The position numbers and the translations under genes are program-made. The notes under the pieces were generated by a model. It did no database searches. It saw nothing but the letters and a program-made list of their open reading frames with translations, and was not told the origin of the DNA. Of a DNA stretch of 64,000 nucleotides, positions 27,743-38,319 are shown one piece after another. Within the stretch, counting starts at the first letter, position 1, and every line of letters begins with the position of its first letter. The stretch lies in IMG/VR virus record IMGVR_UViG_3300046616_000175. The stretch is one strand, 5' to 3'. Source of the DNA: an uncultured virus (IMG/VR IMGVR_UViG_3300046616_000175). Its lineage: Duplodnaviria > Heunggongvirae > Uroviricota > Caudoviricetes.

Positions 27743-28707
27743 TGCCCAAGGCAACAGCGAATTCATTTCTCGGCATCGCTAAGGAAACCGTCCCGGGAAC
27801 TCCGGTTGCGGCTACTGCGTTCCTGCCGGTTACGCAGATCACGCCCAAGGACAACCTGAGCCTTCTGGACGACAAGGGTTACAGGGGCTCGCTGGTCGAG
27901 GTTTACGACCAGATCGCGGGCGTGCTCAACGGCACGGTCGATTTTGACGGTGATGTCTTCCCGGACACCATTGGCTTTCCGCTGGCTGGGATCCTCGGTG
28001 ATCTGACCACGTCCGGTGCGTCCGCTCCGTTCACGCACACGTTCGCCGTCCTCAACACCGGTAGCGGCCAGCCGACGTCCTACACGCTGAATGACAACTA
28101 TGTGGCGGGGAACCGGCAGTACCCGGGCGCTAAGTTCTCGGAGCTTGGGTTCAAGTTTTCGGCGGATGGTCTGCTGACTTACAGCGCTAAGGCCACCACG
28201 TTCGGCAGTGTGACGGTTGCGGCTCCGACCACGTCCTTTACGGCGGTCCCGCCCATGGTCGGCTGGCAGGGTGTTGCGCAGATTGCGGGCGTTACACAGA
28301 CTGGTCTGCTCGACGGCGAGGTCACGATCAAGCGCAGCGTCACGGTTCTCGATTCCGTCGACGGTACGCAGGCCCCTGCCGCTCTGTGGTCCGGCCCCGT
28401 TCAGGTCGACGGTAAGGCCACTCTGATCATGGAAGATGACACGGCGCTTACGCAGTACCTGACTACGGTCAAGCCGTCGATTGACTTCAACTTCACGGCC
28501 GGTGCCGGTGCGGCTGCCGTTCAGCTCAAGCTCCACATGACCAAGTGCAGCATCTCCGCCGCTGACATTACGCGCGGCAAGGACTACATCGAGGTTCCGA
28601 TTACGTGGACGGCGCTTGCCAACACCACGGATATCGGCGCCTCCGGCGGCTACTCGCCTATCAAGGTCACCATTCAGAACGCGATTGCATCGGGGACGTA
28701 CAAGTAA
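27742..28707 (+). CDS. Major tail protein
   Basis: GIAKET.PGT start, Thr/Gly-rich, position. Confidence 0.85.
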   Translation: MPKATANSFLGIAKETVPGTPVAATAFLPVTQITPKDNLSLLDDKGYRGSLVEVYDQIAGVLNGTVDFDGDVFPDTIGFPLAGILGDLTTSGASAPFTHTFAVLNTGSGQPTSYTLNDNYVAGNRQYPGAKFSELGFKFSADGLLTYSAKATTFGSVTVAAPTTSFTAVPPMVGWQGVAQIAGVTQTGLLDGEVTIKRSVTVLDSVDGTQAPAALWSGPVQVDGKATLIMEDDTALTQYLTTVKPSIDFNFTAGAGAAAVQLKLHMTKCSISAADITRGKDYIEVPITWTALANTTDIGASGGYSPIKVTIQNAIASGTYK

Positions 28708-29138
28708 TGATCCGTGTCACTCTGCCTTCCGGCAACACTGCCGATCTGCGCGACGTCGCCGACGTTACCGAGCGCGGACGGCGCCCCATCAAGCGGATTC
28801 AGACCAAGCTCGCGGGGCTTCCGGCATTCGTGAACGCTGTCGAGGAAGCCAAGGCACAGAAGGACGGCGCAGACCTCACCCCGGACCAGCAGCTCAAGAT
28901 TGCGGCTGGCATGGGCGAGGCGTTCGATCTGCTGGAGGAACTCAACGATGCGCTTGTGGCTGCGCTGGTGGCTGGCTGGTCGTTTGGCTTTCCTGTGTCG
29001 GCCGATGCCGCGCAGGATCTACCGGGCCGTGATCTCGATGCGCTGCGGGCTGCGGTAGCCCCGTATCTCTCGGAGCTCAACCCTGACTTTGACCCAAGCA
29101 CGGACGCCGATTCCCCTACCGAAGCCTCCGGCGCCTAA
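28707..29138 (+). CDS. Tail assembly chaperone (with -1 frameshift extension to 29350)
   Basis: Position; open -1 frame from about 29110 to TGA at 29350. Confidence 0.75.
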   Translation: MIRVTLPSGNTADLRDVADVTERGRRPIKRIQTKLAGLPAFVNAVEEAKAQKDGADLTPDQQLKIAAGMGEAFDLLEELNDALVAALVAGWSFGFPVSADAAQDLPGRDLDALRAAVAPYLSELNPDFDPSTDADSPTEASGA

Positions 29139-29342
29139 CGGGGGCACTTTCCCACAAGGGTGGGAGTAACTACACGGCGGATGAACTTCCCAGCGAGGAA
29201 TACCGGACGTGGAGGCTCTGCACGTTGCTGCGTTGTCTCCCGTCCGCGTTGGACGACGAATCCGCTGTGACCCTTGATTGGCTGTTGGCCGTTGATGACG
29301 CCGTTGGTAAGGCGCGCAAGATCGTAGAGGAGCGCGAGGCGA

Positions 29343-29840
29343 ATGGCTGACGAAATCGGCGCAGTATTCAAGGGAGTTAAGGAAGTTGGCGCCATGCTGG
29401 GGGAGATGCAAGTCGCGTCTAATGAGGCAACCAGGGTGGCGCTGAAAAAGGCAACTTCCTACACGCGCTCGCGCATTAAGGGTGGCATGCGCGGCCGTCC
29501 TCGCTGGGCTCACAAGGGGCCAGACAAGGCAACCGGCGCACCGGCGTACCGCATTGAGCGGACACCCGATCATGTTTCGCGCGGGGGAGGCCCCGGACAG
29601 TTGACCGGCGCCCTCGCTCGGTCCATTCGGACTAGCCGCCGTGCCCGAGCTGAGGGTGTCGGCGCGTGGTCGCAAGTCGTCATGGCGGGTGGCAGGGGCG
29701 GGTATCAGAACCGCTACAAGGGCCGCATCGAGGCTGACTACCCGTATTTCAAGACCGGGGTCGACAAGGCTTCGCCGAAGGTTCGCGGAATCTTTGAGGC
29801 TTCGTGGGGCGCGGCAGTCAACGGCAAGAGAGGTAGGTAA
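29343..29840 (+). CDS. HK97 gp10-like protein
   Basis: TGALARSI motif, basic, PYF near end. Confidence 0.6.
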   Translation: MADEIGAVFKGVKEVGAMLGEMQVASNEATRVALKKATSYTRSRIKGGMRGRPRWAHKGPDKATGAPAYRIERTPDHVSRGGGPGQLTGALARSIRTSRRARAEGVGAWSQVVMAGGRGGYQNRYKGRIEADYPYFKTGVDKASPKVRGIFEASWGAAVNGKRGR

Positions 29841-29848
29841 ATTTACCC

Positions 29849-32800
29849 ATGGGTGCTTTGCCTCCCGTCTTTATTGAGTTTCTCGGCCGGTCGACTGGCT
29901 TTATGGCCACGGCCAAGGGTGTCAAGACTGAGCTTGCCAGCGTTGAGCGCGATGGTGGCAAGAACATGCGCAAGCTGGGTGGCGTGGCTAAGGCTGCACT
30001 ACTCGGCATTGGCGTGGCCGCTGGCGTTGCGGCAGTCAAAACCGTGCACATGGCCGCCGACTTTCAGACCCAAATGACGCGCGTTCGCACCGGTGCTGGC
30101 GAGGCTGCGAAGAACATGCAACTCGTCGGTGATGGCGTGCTGCATATGGCTGGCCAAGTCGGTGAGTCGACCAAGGACTTGACTGCTGGCCTGTACATGG
30201 TCGAGTCCGCCGGTTTTCACGGACAGAACGCGCTAGACGTGCTTCGCGTAAGTGCCCAGGGTGCCAAGGTCGGCGCGGCGGATCTCGCCACGGTGACCGA
30301 CGCTGTGACCACGGCCATGAACGCGTACAACCTCCAGTCGGCAGATGCGGCGACCAACACTCAGCACACGACCGACGTGATGAACGCGCTGGTTGGCACG
30401 GAGGCTGAGGGTAAGACCAACCTTGAGGCCCTTGCTGGCAGCATGTCCGGCATTCTGCCCGTTGCTGCTGCTGCCAAGGTAAAGCTGAACGAGGTACTCG
30501 GCGCCATGGCCACCATGACGTCACAGGGTACCGACGCGCGCGTTTCCGCTACCTATCTGCGGCAGACGATCGGCCAGTTGTCGAACCCGTCGGCCAAGGC
30601 TGCGGCGACCATGAAGGGGCTTGGGCTCAACGCCAACTCGGTATCCAAGGAACTCGGCTCTAAGGGTCTCGCGGCCACGCTGGACACGCTTACGAATGCC
30701 ATCAAAAAGAAGATGGGACCGGGCGGCGACGTCTTTATCAAGACACTGCAAAAGGCTGCCAAGAGCTCCAAGGACTTTAACGGGGCACTCGAAAAGGCCA
30801 GCGGGTCCAAGAAGACGTATATCGGCGCGCTGTCCACCATGGTCGGCGGAACTAAGTCGATGATGGGCGCGCTCATGCTTACGGGCTCGCACATGGACAC
30901 GTTCAAGAAGAACGTCGACGGCATCGGCGACCACGTCAAGGATGGTGGCAAGAACATTGAGGGCTGGTCGGACGTTCAGAAGACGTTCAATCAGCGCATG
31001 GCGGAGTTCAAGGGCAGCATCGAGGGAATCAGCATCACCCTTGGTCAGAAGTTGCTTCCGTACGCCACGACGTTCATTGGCTGGCTGGCCAAGGGGATCC
31101 CGTTCCTTCAAGCGAACGCGGCGTACCTGAAGATGTTCGGGCTCGTGCTCGGAGCAGTGACCATTGGGCTCGCGGCAGCGTCGATTGCTTCGTGGTCGTT
31201 CACCGATTCGCTGCTGGCCAACCCTGTTACGTGGATCGTCGCCGGTATCGTCGCCCTGGTTGCTGGGCTCGCGATGCTGATCCTGCATTGGCGGCAGGTG
31301 TGGACATGGATCCAGACGAACATCCCGGCCGTCGCGAACGCGTTCAAGTCGACGTGGCGCGCAACGCTGAACGCATTTCACGTGGCGTGGGCCATGGCCA
31401 TGAAAGCCGTTCACGGCGTGGTCCGCTGGTTCAACTCGAACGTGCTCACGTGGCTTAAGGCGCGCGTCGGCGATGTGGTGGCGTGGTGGAAGTCTCACAG
31501 CACGGAGATTAAGCAGACCTGGGCGTTGCTGTGGAAGGAAATCCAGCGCTACGTCAAGGTCGGGTACAGCATAGTCAAGGTCCAACTTGGGCTGCTGTGG
31601 ACGTCGATGAAAGTCTATTGGGACCTCATCTCCGGTGCGGTGAAAATCGCATGGGATGTGATCTCAGGCGCCACGAAATTCGGCATGCACTACATCATGA
31701 ACCTCATCGCGGTGGTCACCGACATCATAACGGGCCACTGGGGTAAGGCCTGGCAGGACGTAAAGAAACTCGTCTCGCAGGCTTTCAGCGATATCTGGGA
31801 CACAATCAAGAGCTCCACTGCCGATTTCGGAACCGCGCTACTGAGCGCCGGTAAGGACCTGATCCAGGGTCTCATTGACGGTGTCGAGGATATGGCGGGC
31901 GCTGCGTGGGACGCTGTCAAGAATGTGGCCAGCGGCCTCAAGGACACGGCTAAATCAATCCTGCACATCAACAGCCCGTCCAAGGTTTTCCGTGATGAGG
32001 TCGGCGCGGCAATCCCCGAAGGTATCGCGCTGGGTGTCACACAGAATGCTCATCTAGCTCACGGCGCCGTACGCGGCACCGCTAAGGGCATGGTGCGGCA
32101 CTTCAAGAGTGAGCTTGGAATCAACTCGCCGTCCAAGGTGTTCCGGCAGCTTGGCATTTGGGTGCACGAGGGTCTCGTCGAGGGGCTCACGGGCTCGCTG
32201 TCCAAGGTCAAGGGCGCGATCAAGAAGACTGAAACTCAGCTCATGCAAGCTATGAATCGGCTGCACGATATGAGCGCACCCAAGGGCAAGAAGGGCGCGA
32301 GTCTCCGGAAGTGGATTGCTTCGCATGAGCACGCCGTAGCCAGCCTTGAAAAGTCGGTCAAGAAGGAAGGTGCCCAGCTCGAAAAGTTGGCCGACTACCG
32401 CGATGGTGTCGCTAAGAGGCTGAAAAAGGCGCAGACCAATCTGACCAACCTGCAAAAGGCATGGACCCAAGAGCGCGACGACGTGGCCAGCAGCATCATG
32501 CAAGGCGCGTCTGTTGTCGTGCAGAATCAGGCAGATGGTGTGTCGCTGACAGTGGGCGACGTCATGGCGAACATGCAAACCCAGGTGGCTGCGGCTACTC
32601 AGTTCGCCAACGAGCTTAAGGCGCTTAAGGATCGCGGACTTAGCTCTGACCTGCTTTCTCAGATTGCGGCCGCTGGTGTCGAACAAGGTGGCGCCACCGC
32701 GCAAGCCTTGCTCGGGGCGAATAGCGGGCAGATAGCCCAACTGAATCAAATGCAGGGTCAGTTGAGCACGTCCGCCAATTCGGCTGGCGCCGTGGTTGCC

Positions 32801-33247
32801 GACAGCATGTACAAGAGCGGCATCGCGGCAGCGAATGGCCTAGTCAAGGGACTCCAGTCTCAGGAAAAGGCCATCGACAAGCAAATGTTGAAGATTGCCA
32901 AGAGCATGGAAAAGGCAATCAAGCACGCGCTTGGCATCAAGTCGCCGTCTCGTCTGTTCGCTGAGATCGGCAGGTTCGTCACGGCCGGTCTGGTCGGCGG
33001 CATCGACAGCGGGAACCGGGACGTACAGAACGCTGCGACGCGAATGTCTGACGCCGTTGTCCGTGGCGCTGATATGCCGTCCCTGGGTGGCTCCGCCGGG
33101 GCCTCTCGGGGGGTCGTGCAGCACAACGTGCACATCGAGGTTCACGGGTCTGTACGCACGGATCGCGACTTGCGAGACGTGATCCAACAAGAGATGTACC
33201 GCTACGGCGGGCGCAACTCGACGACATGGCAGCAATTCAAGCGGTAA
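29849..33247 (+). CDS. Tape measure protein
   Basis: 1132 aa, Ala/Gly-rich, LANPVTW, three I.SPS repeats. Confidence 0.95.
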   Translation: MGALPPVFIEFLGRSTGFMATAKGVKTELASVERDGGKNMRKLGGVAKAALLGIGVAAGVAAVKTVHMAADFQTQMTRVRTGAGEAAKNMQLVGDGVLHMAGQVGESTKDLTAGLYMVESAGFHGQNALDVLRVSAQGAKVGAADLATVTDAVTTAMNAYNLQSADAATNTQHTTDVMNALVGTEAEGKTNLEALAGSMSGILPVAAAAKVKLNEVLGAMATMTSQGTDARVSATYLRQTIGQLSNPSAKAAATMKGLGLNANSVSKELGSKGLAATLDTLTNAIKKKMGPGGDVFIKTLQKAAKSSKDFNGALEKASGSKKTYIGALSTMVGGTKSMMGALMLTGSHMDTFKKNVDGIGDHVKDGGKNIEGWSDVQKTFNQRMAEFKGSIEGISITLGQKLLPYATTFIGWLAKGIPFLQANAAYLKMFGLVLGAVTIGLAAASIASWSFTDSLLANPVTWIVAGIVALVAGLAMLILHWRQVWTWIQTNIPAVANAFKSTWRATLNAFHVAWAMAMKAVHGVVRWFNSNVLTWLKARVGDVVAWWKSHSTEIKQTWALLWKEIQRYVKVGYSIVKVQLGLLWTSMKVYWDLISGAVKIAWDVISGATKFGMHYIMNLIAVVTDIITGHWGKAWQDVKKLVSQAFSDIWDTIKSSTADFGTALLSAGKDLIQGLIDGVEDMAGAAWDAVKNVASGLKDTAKSILHINSPSKVFRDEVGAAIPEGIALGVTQNAHLAHGAVRGTAKGMVRHFKSELGINSPSKVFRQLGIWVHEGLVEGLTGSLSKVKGAIKKTETQLMQAMNRLHDMSAPKGKKGASLRKWIASHEHAVASLEKSVKKEGAQLEKLADYRDGVAKRLKKAQTNLTNLQKAWTQERDDVASSIMQGASVVVQNQADGVSLTVGDVMANMQTQVAAATQFANELKALKDRGLSSDLLSQIAAAGVEQGGATAQALLGANSGQIAQLNQMQGQLSTSANSAGAVVADSMYKSGIAAANGLVKGLQSQEKAIDKQMLKIAKSMEKAIKHALGIKSPSRLFAEIGRFVTAGLVGGIDSGNRDVQNAATRMSDAVVRGADMPSLGGSAGASRGVVQHNVHIEVHGSVRTDRDLRDVIQQEMYRYGGRNSTTWQQFKR

Positions 33248-33302
33248 CCGAGCCTGGGGATGGTGGGTAAATTTACCCACCATCCCCTCTTGCGGAGGGA
33301 AC

Positions 33303-36116
33303 ATGGCACTCAACCCCAACTACCCTGTGGTGGAGGAACTTTGGGGTCCCTTGTGGACTGCCGCAGGTGCTAGCATCCCGGGTTCCCGCTGGGTCAACAA
33401 CGTCGACCGGACGCTGTCGCAGGCAAGTGCGCGGCGCGGTAAGCAGTACGAACTGGATCAGGCGCAGGCTGGCGAGTATTCGATCACCCTCGGAAATCCC
33501 GATGGCGTGCTCGACCCCACGAACACCAGCGGGCCCTACGCCGGGAAGATCCTTCCCTATCAGCCGTACCGGCGCCGTGCACAGTGGCCGCCAACTCCCA
33601 ACCTACTCGACGCGCGCATCGCGACCGGCGGCGAGGGATTCAGCCCTGGAACCATTCCGGCGTCATTCGGTATGTCGTCGTCGACCGATGGCACGGGCGG
33701 ATTCATCTTCAATCCCACCTCCCCGTTGTCGGCATTCCAAGGCACCAACACTCTCCGCTTTGCCGTGAACAATGGCGCTGGCTCGAATAGCCGCATCGCC
33801 TACACGGATACGGTCGCCGTCCGGCCCGGCAAGGTCTACACGGTGCAGATACGCGTGCGCTGCGTTACTGACGGGGTCAATCCGGGCGTGGGCGCAATCA
33901 TCGGTTTCACCGACTCTGCTGGCGCGCTCACCTTCACCAACGGCAGTGGCGCGACGCTCACCGGTAGCTCGACGGTCAACGGCTGGACTCAGGTAACCGT
34001 CACAGCGACGGCGCCGACCACGGTCAACGTCTACGGCATGCGCGTTGGACTCCGGCTGACTGCCACGGCCCCGGGCGCATGTGTAATCGAAACCGACGCT
34101 TGGCAGGTGGAGCAGGCATCCGCCGCAACTACCTGGGTTTCACCCGGCACTTGGTACCCCATCTTCAGTGGCTTCACGGAGCGCTGGCCTACCCAGTGGG
34201 CCGAGGGTGGCACGTACGGGCAAGTGAGCCCAACGGCCGTCGACGCGTTCGCGCTGCTGTCACAGGTCTCCCTTGACCAGGTATACGCACATGAGCTGGG
34301 CACGCTGAAACCCAGGTTTGTCTACCGGTTCAATGAGGCAGTGGGCGCCACGTTCGTCCAAGACTCAACCGGCACGCAGTCAGCGGCCAGCCTCATCAAC
34401 AGCAAGGTAGGAAACGGCAACTGGACGTTGGGCAACGCGACGACCGGCACCTACTTGGGCACCAATGAGACTGTCGTCAATGCCCGACCGCTCGCCGCCG
34501 GAGTCTCTACCTACAGTCCTGCCACGCTGGTTTCGCTCGACGGCGCCGGAATCGCTGGGCCCGTCTCGACCGGTAGCGGCTGGACGCGCGTGATTGCCTT
34601 CCGCTACACGGGGGCAACGGCTCCGACTGACGGCGCGTACGTGTGGAGCGCCTACAACGGTGTCGGGGACTCTGTCTCGGTCGCCGGTATCCGCAACGCC
34701 GTCCACGTGTACGTCGACACGGACGGGCGCATCAAGTTCAAGACTGATGTGTTCGGCGGTGCGGCGACGGTTCTCGACAGTGGCAAGTCGGCGCTTGATG
34801 GCAAGTGGCACCTAGTTGCCTTCGGAGTGAATGGCACGGCCGCGCAAGTCGCCGTTGATGGCTCGATCGTGAGCACCACTCTTCCGGGCGCGATTCCCCT
34901 GGGTGGCATGTACGACAGTATCGGCGCGTACTGGATCGCGCCTACCCGCAACGCTGTCTACACGTTCTACGGCGATATCGCGTACGCCGCTGAGATTCCC
35001 TCGTACCTGAATTCCACGCAGATCAGTGGGCTCTACAGCGCATGGTCTACGGCGTGCGCCGGTGAGTCGGCTGCCGCCCGGTATTCGCGCATTCTGCGGT
35101 ATGCGGGCTACGCCGGGGCATCCAATGTGGGCGCCAGCCTTACGACGTCGATGGGACCGGCCACTGACATTACCGGCAGCGATGCCATGACGGCGCTGAA
35201 CAACGTGGCCACCACCGAGAATGGCGAACATTTCGTCGCTGGCGATGGCACGATCACGTTCCGGGGCCGTGGCTACCGGTACAACGCGCTTACTCCCGCG
35301 CTCACGTTCGGCGACGGCGCTGGCGAATTGCCGTACGAGGATCTCCAGCTTGATTTCGACAGCACGCACCTAGCCAACGACATTGAGGTGACCCAGCAGC
35401 CAACGGGGCAGATCTTCCCGGCCCGGGACAGTGCGAGCATCGCGAGCTACTACACACGCACCATGACGCGGACTCTCAACACGTCCAGCGCGCTTGAGTC
35501 ACAGGACGCGGCGGATTACCTCGTGAGCCGCTACAAGGGCCCTCTGACGCGCGTACAGAGCGTCAAGCTCCACCCGTCGGCGAACACCGCCTTGTGGGCG
35601 CCTCTGCTGGCGCTGGAGCTAGGTACCCGCGTGCGTATCAACCGGCGTCCGCCCGGCGCTCCCATGGTCAGTGTCGACTGTTTCGTCGAGCAGATTTCAT
35701 GGGACATGGATGGCTCCGGGGAAGCATGGGTCACGCTGCAATGCAGCCCTATCGACCCCACCCCTTACACGGCTTACGCGGCGTGGCACACAACGTTGAA
35801 TGCGGCCGTAGGTGTCGGACAGGGCAACATGACGGTCAACGCTGGCGCCGACAACGTCAATCCGCTGGCCGCGCAAATTCCCCAGGGAGTAATGCTGGTC
35901 CTCGGCCCCGGCACTGTTCGCGCTGAGACGGTGATCGTGGGCGGGATTGGCGCCACGTCGTCGGGGTGGACGACCTGTTTGCTCGGGACGGCGGGAAGTT
36001 TCCTGAACAGTCACCCGATCGGCGAGTTGGTTTGCGAGGTACTCCCGTCCGGTGTGACCGACCCCACGTACTACGACCCCACAGAGCAATTCGATAAGGC
36101 AGTGTTTGCCTACTAG
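33303..36116 (+). CDS. Minor tail or baseplate hub protein with carbohydrate-binding-like inserts
   Basis: Follows TMP; DGKWHLV LamG-like segment. Confidence 0.75.
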   Translation: MALNPNYPVVEELWGPLWTAAGASIPGSRWVNNVDRTLSQASARRGKQYELDQAQAGEYSITLGNPDGVLDPTNTSGPYAGKILPYQPYRRRAQWPPTPNLLDARIATGGEGFSPGTIPASFGMSSSTDGTGGFIFNPTSPLSAFQGTNTLRFAVNNGAGSNSRIAYTDTVAVRPGKVYTVQIRVRCVTDGVNPGVGAIIGFTDSAGALTFTNGSGATLTGSSTVNGWTQVTVTATAPTTVNVYGMRVGLRLTATAPGACVIETDAWQVEQASAATTWVSPGTWYPIFSGFTERWPTQWAEGGTYGQVSPTAVDAFALLSQVSLDQVYAHELGTLKPRFVYRFNEAVGATFVQDSTGTQSAASLINSKVGNGNWTLGNATTGTYLGTNETVVNARPLAAGVSTYSPATLVSLDGAGIAGPVSTGSGWTRVIAFRYTGATAPTDGAYVWSAYNGVGDSVSVAGIRNAVHVYVDTDGRIKFKTDVFGGAATVLDSGKSALDGKWHLVAFGVNGTAAQVAVDGSIVSTTLPGAIPLGGMYDSIGAYWIAPTRNAVYTFYGDIAYAAEIPSYLNSTQISGLYSAWSTACAGESAAARYSRILRYAGYAGASNVGASLTTSMGPATDITGSDAMTALNNVATTENGEHFVAGDGTITFRGRGYRYNALTPALTFGDGAGELPYEDLQLDFDSTHLANDIEVTQQPTGQIFPARDSASIASYYTRTMTRTLNTSSALESQDAADYLVSRYKGPLTRVQSVKLHPSANTALWAPLLALELGTRVRINRRPPGAPMVSVDCFVEQISWDMDGSGEAWVTLQCSPIDPTPYTAYAAWHTTLNAAVGVGQGNMTVNAGADNVNPLAAQIPQGVMLVLGPGTVRAETVIVGGIGATSSGWTTCLLGTAGSFLNSHPIGELVCEVLPSGVTDPTYYDPTEQFDKAVFAY

Positions 36117-36131
36117 TAGAGGTGGCTACCT

Positions 36132-36668
36132 ATGTCTCTGGCTCCCCCCGTGCCGTTTACGGCGTCTACGGGAGGCTTTCTGACGTCCGCACTGTGGAAC
36201 ACGCAAGTGCGCGACGCAACCACGTTCCTTACCAACCCACCGCGTTTCAACGGTTCGTGCACGGCCCTACCGGCTGCGCCAGCCAACGGCGTTGAGGTAG
36301 TAATCCCCATCGACACAGAGGACGTTGACTCGGAGGGTGGCCACTCCACCACGGTAAACACCAGCCGGTATACGTGCCAGGTTGCTGGGCTCTACATGAT
36401 CTCCGCGCACTTGGCTTTCAATGCCAACGCTACCGGCATGCGCGCCATGGACATCAAGATTAACGGCGCAATTGCTCCGGGCGGTCGCGTTTCCTCCGGC
36501 CAGCCGACCACATCGATTTCGCTGGCGCTCAACAACGTGATCCACCAGTACCTCAACGTCGGCGATTACGTGGAATTCTCGGGCTACCAGTACTCCGGCG
36601 CAGCCCTCTCGCTGTCCACCTCCACCGCTTACAATCCGCGTCTATCCCTGCATTGGGTGTCCGCGTAA
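36132..36668 (+). CDS. Minor tail protein
   Basis: SRYTCQVAGLY...LNVGDYVE beta-sandwich pattern. Confidence 0.7.
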   Translation: MSLAPPVPFTASTGGFLTSALWNTQVRDATTFLTNPPRFNGSCTALPAAPANGVEVVIPIDTEDVDSEGGHSTTVNTSRYTCQVAGLYMISAHLAFNANATGMRAMDIKINGAIAPGGRVSSGQPTTSISLALNNVIHQYLNVGDYVEFSGYQYSGAALSLSTSTAYNPRLSLHWVSA

Positions 36669-36682
36669 AGAAGGGGTTCTAA

Positions 36683-36913
36683 ATGATTTCCCTCTACACC
36701 ATCTCGCTGCATCAGGATGACGGCGCTGGCAGTGATTCTCAGTTCGCCAGCATGGATCTACCTCCCAGCGTCGCCGAGGAATTCGTCCTCAGTCTGGCCG
36801 CAGCGCTTGACGGAGTGCCCGGCGGTCCCTTTGGCTACCACGCCAGGATCACCCGCTCCGATACCGCCGTGGCTGTTGGCAACCTCGCTGTCACCCCTCC
36901 GACCTTCAACTAA
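36683..36913 (+). CDS. Hypothetical protein
   Basis: RBS AAGGGG. Confidence 0.6.
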   Translation: MISLYTISLHQDDGAGSDSQFASMDLPPSVAEEFVLSLAAALDGVPGGPFGYHARITRSDTAVAVGNLAVTPPTFN

Positions 36914-36923
36914 GGAGTCACAT

Positions 36924-37622
36924 ATGCCCGTTCTCGGCGTAGATGTTTCCGGCTATCAGCCGGTCGCGTTTCCCACCAAGGGGCTCGCATTCGCGTTCGT
37001 CAAGGCCACTGAAGGCACGAGCTACGTCAACCCTCGTTACAGCGGCCAAGTGGCACACGCGCGTTCCGCTGGCCTTGTCGTCGGCCACTACCACTTTGGC
37101 AAGAACGGCGGAGCAGCGGAGGCCGATTACTTCCTGAGCAAGGTCGCGTTGCACGCTGGCGATGTGCTCGCATTCGACTGGGAAACCGGCGGCGTATCGC
37201 AGAGCGAGCGGGACGCGTTCATCGCGCGGGTCAAGGCCAAGGCTCCGCATCACAAGGTGGTCCTGTACTGCAACACGGACTACTGGCACTCCCGCGACAG
37301 CGACAACGGCGGGCCCATGGACGGTCTGTGGATCGCCGACCCGAACCATCCCGCTGGCAAGCCGTCCATCAAGCACACGTGGGTGTTCCACCAGTACTCA
37401 TGGGCTGGAGGCATCGACCGCAACGTAGCCAATTTCAAGGACGCTAAGGCGCTGCGTGCATGGGCGGCTCCGGCGGTCGCTGTGAAGCCTCCGGCGGCTC
37501 CCTCTAAGCCTGCGGCACCTGCCAAGCCTCCGGCGCCCTCCGTGCCTACTCTTCAGGCGCTGGCCGTCCGTGTGAGTGCGGTTGAGGCCGAGGTCAAGGC
37601 TCTTCAGGCTCGGGTGAAGTAG
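36924..37622 (+). CDS. Endolysin, GH25 muramidase
   Basis: GVDVSGYQ, VKATEG, GHYHF, DWE, HQY, IDRN. Confidence 0.92.
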   Translation: MPVLGVDVSGYQPVAFPTKGLAFAFVKATEGTSYVNPRYSGQVAHARSAGLVVGHYHFGKNGGAAEADYFLSKVALHAGDVLAFDWETGGVSQSERDAFIARVKAKAPHHKVVLYCNTDYWHSRDSDNGGPMDGLWIADPNHPAGKPSIKHTWVFHQYSWAGGIDRNVANFKDAKALRAWAAPAVAVKPPAAPSKPAAPAKPPAPSVPTLQALAVRVSAVEAEVKALQARVK

Positions 37623-37936
37623 TGGACGGCGCGAGCGTTACGCCGGGCATGGCATGGGCAATTGGCGCCATCGTTACGTCAGTTGTGACCACCGGCCCGG
37701 CGTACGTTGCCGCGAGGCGTAGCCGTGGTGCAGCGCGGGAGGAAGGTGCGCTCACCCGAGACGCCGTGAGCGAGGCTATCGGCAGCCTTAACGGCAGGCT
37801 CGACGACTTGCGCACTGACATTTCCGAGGTACGTGACTGGCAGGCAGCGCACACAACTGAGCATGCCATCGCCGACATTCGCCGGACGGATCCCACCCCG
37901 GGTCGTCTGGAATTCCGCAACAGAAATCAGGAGTAA
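37622..37936 (+). CDS. Lysis-cassette membrane protein
   Basis: N-terminal TM plus coiled coil. Confidence 0.65.
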   Translation: MDGASVTPGMAWAIGAIVTSVVTTGPAYVAARRSRGAAREEGALTRDAVSEAIGSLNGRLDDLRTDISEVRDWQAAHTTEHAIADIRRTDPTPGRLEFRNRNQE

Positions 37937-37939
37937 CGC

Positions 37940-38260
37940 ATGGCCATTTCCGGCAAGGTAAAGGCGTCGACTGTCGCCGCTTCCGTAACCACGGTGATTA
38001 CCGGCATTCTCGCGCCGCACGTGTTCCATCACAGCGTGCCCAGCGATGTGCGCGGCCTCATCGAGGGTGGCGTTACCGGCGCCATCACGTTCGGTTTCGG
38101 CTGGCTGGCCAAGCATGGCATCGACGGCGAGGCGCTGGCCGGTGATGTGGTCGACGTGGCCGAGGATCTCGGCGTCCCGTACATGTCCGTCGCCGACGAG
38201 CCCGACTTCGTTGACGCGCACACCAATCCTGCGATCATCGGCGAAGCGCCCCTCGCGTAG
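37940..38260 (+). CDS. Holin-like protein
   Basis: KVKAST start, two TM segments. Confidence 0.7.
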   Translation: MAISGKVKASTVAASVTTVITGILAPHVFHHSVPSDVRGLIEGGVTGAITFGFGWLAKHGIDGEALAGDVVDVAEDLGVPYMSVADEPDFVDAHTNPAIIGEAPLA

Positions 38261-38319
38261 CGGCAGGAAGTGTTTGACCCCCTCAGATAGGTGACAACTC
38301 GCCCATCTGAGGGGGCATT

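Noticed and set aside
31960..32960. Repeated INSPSKVF segments in tape measure
   Set aside because: Common tape-measure repeat, not a separate element
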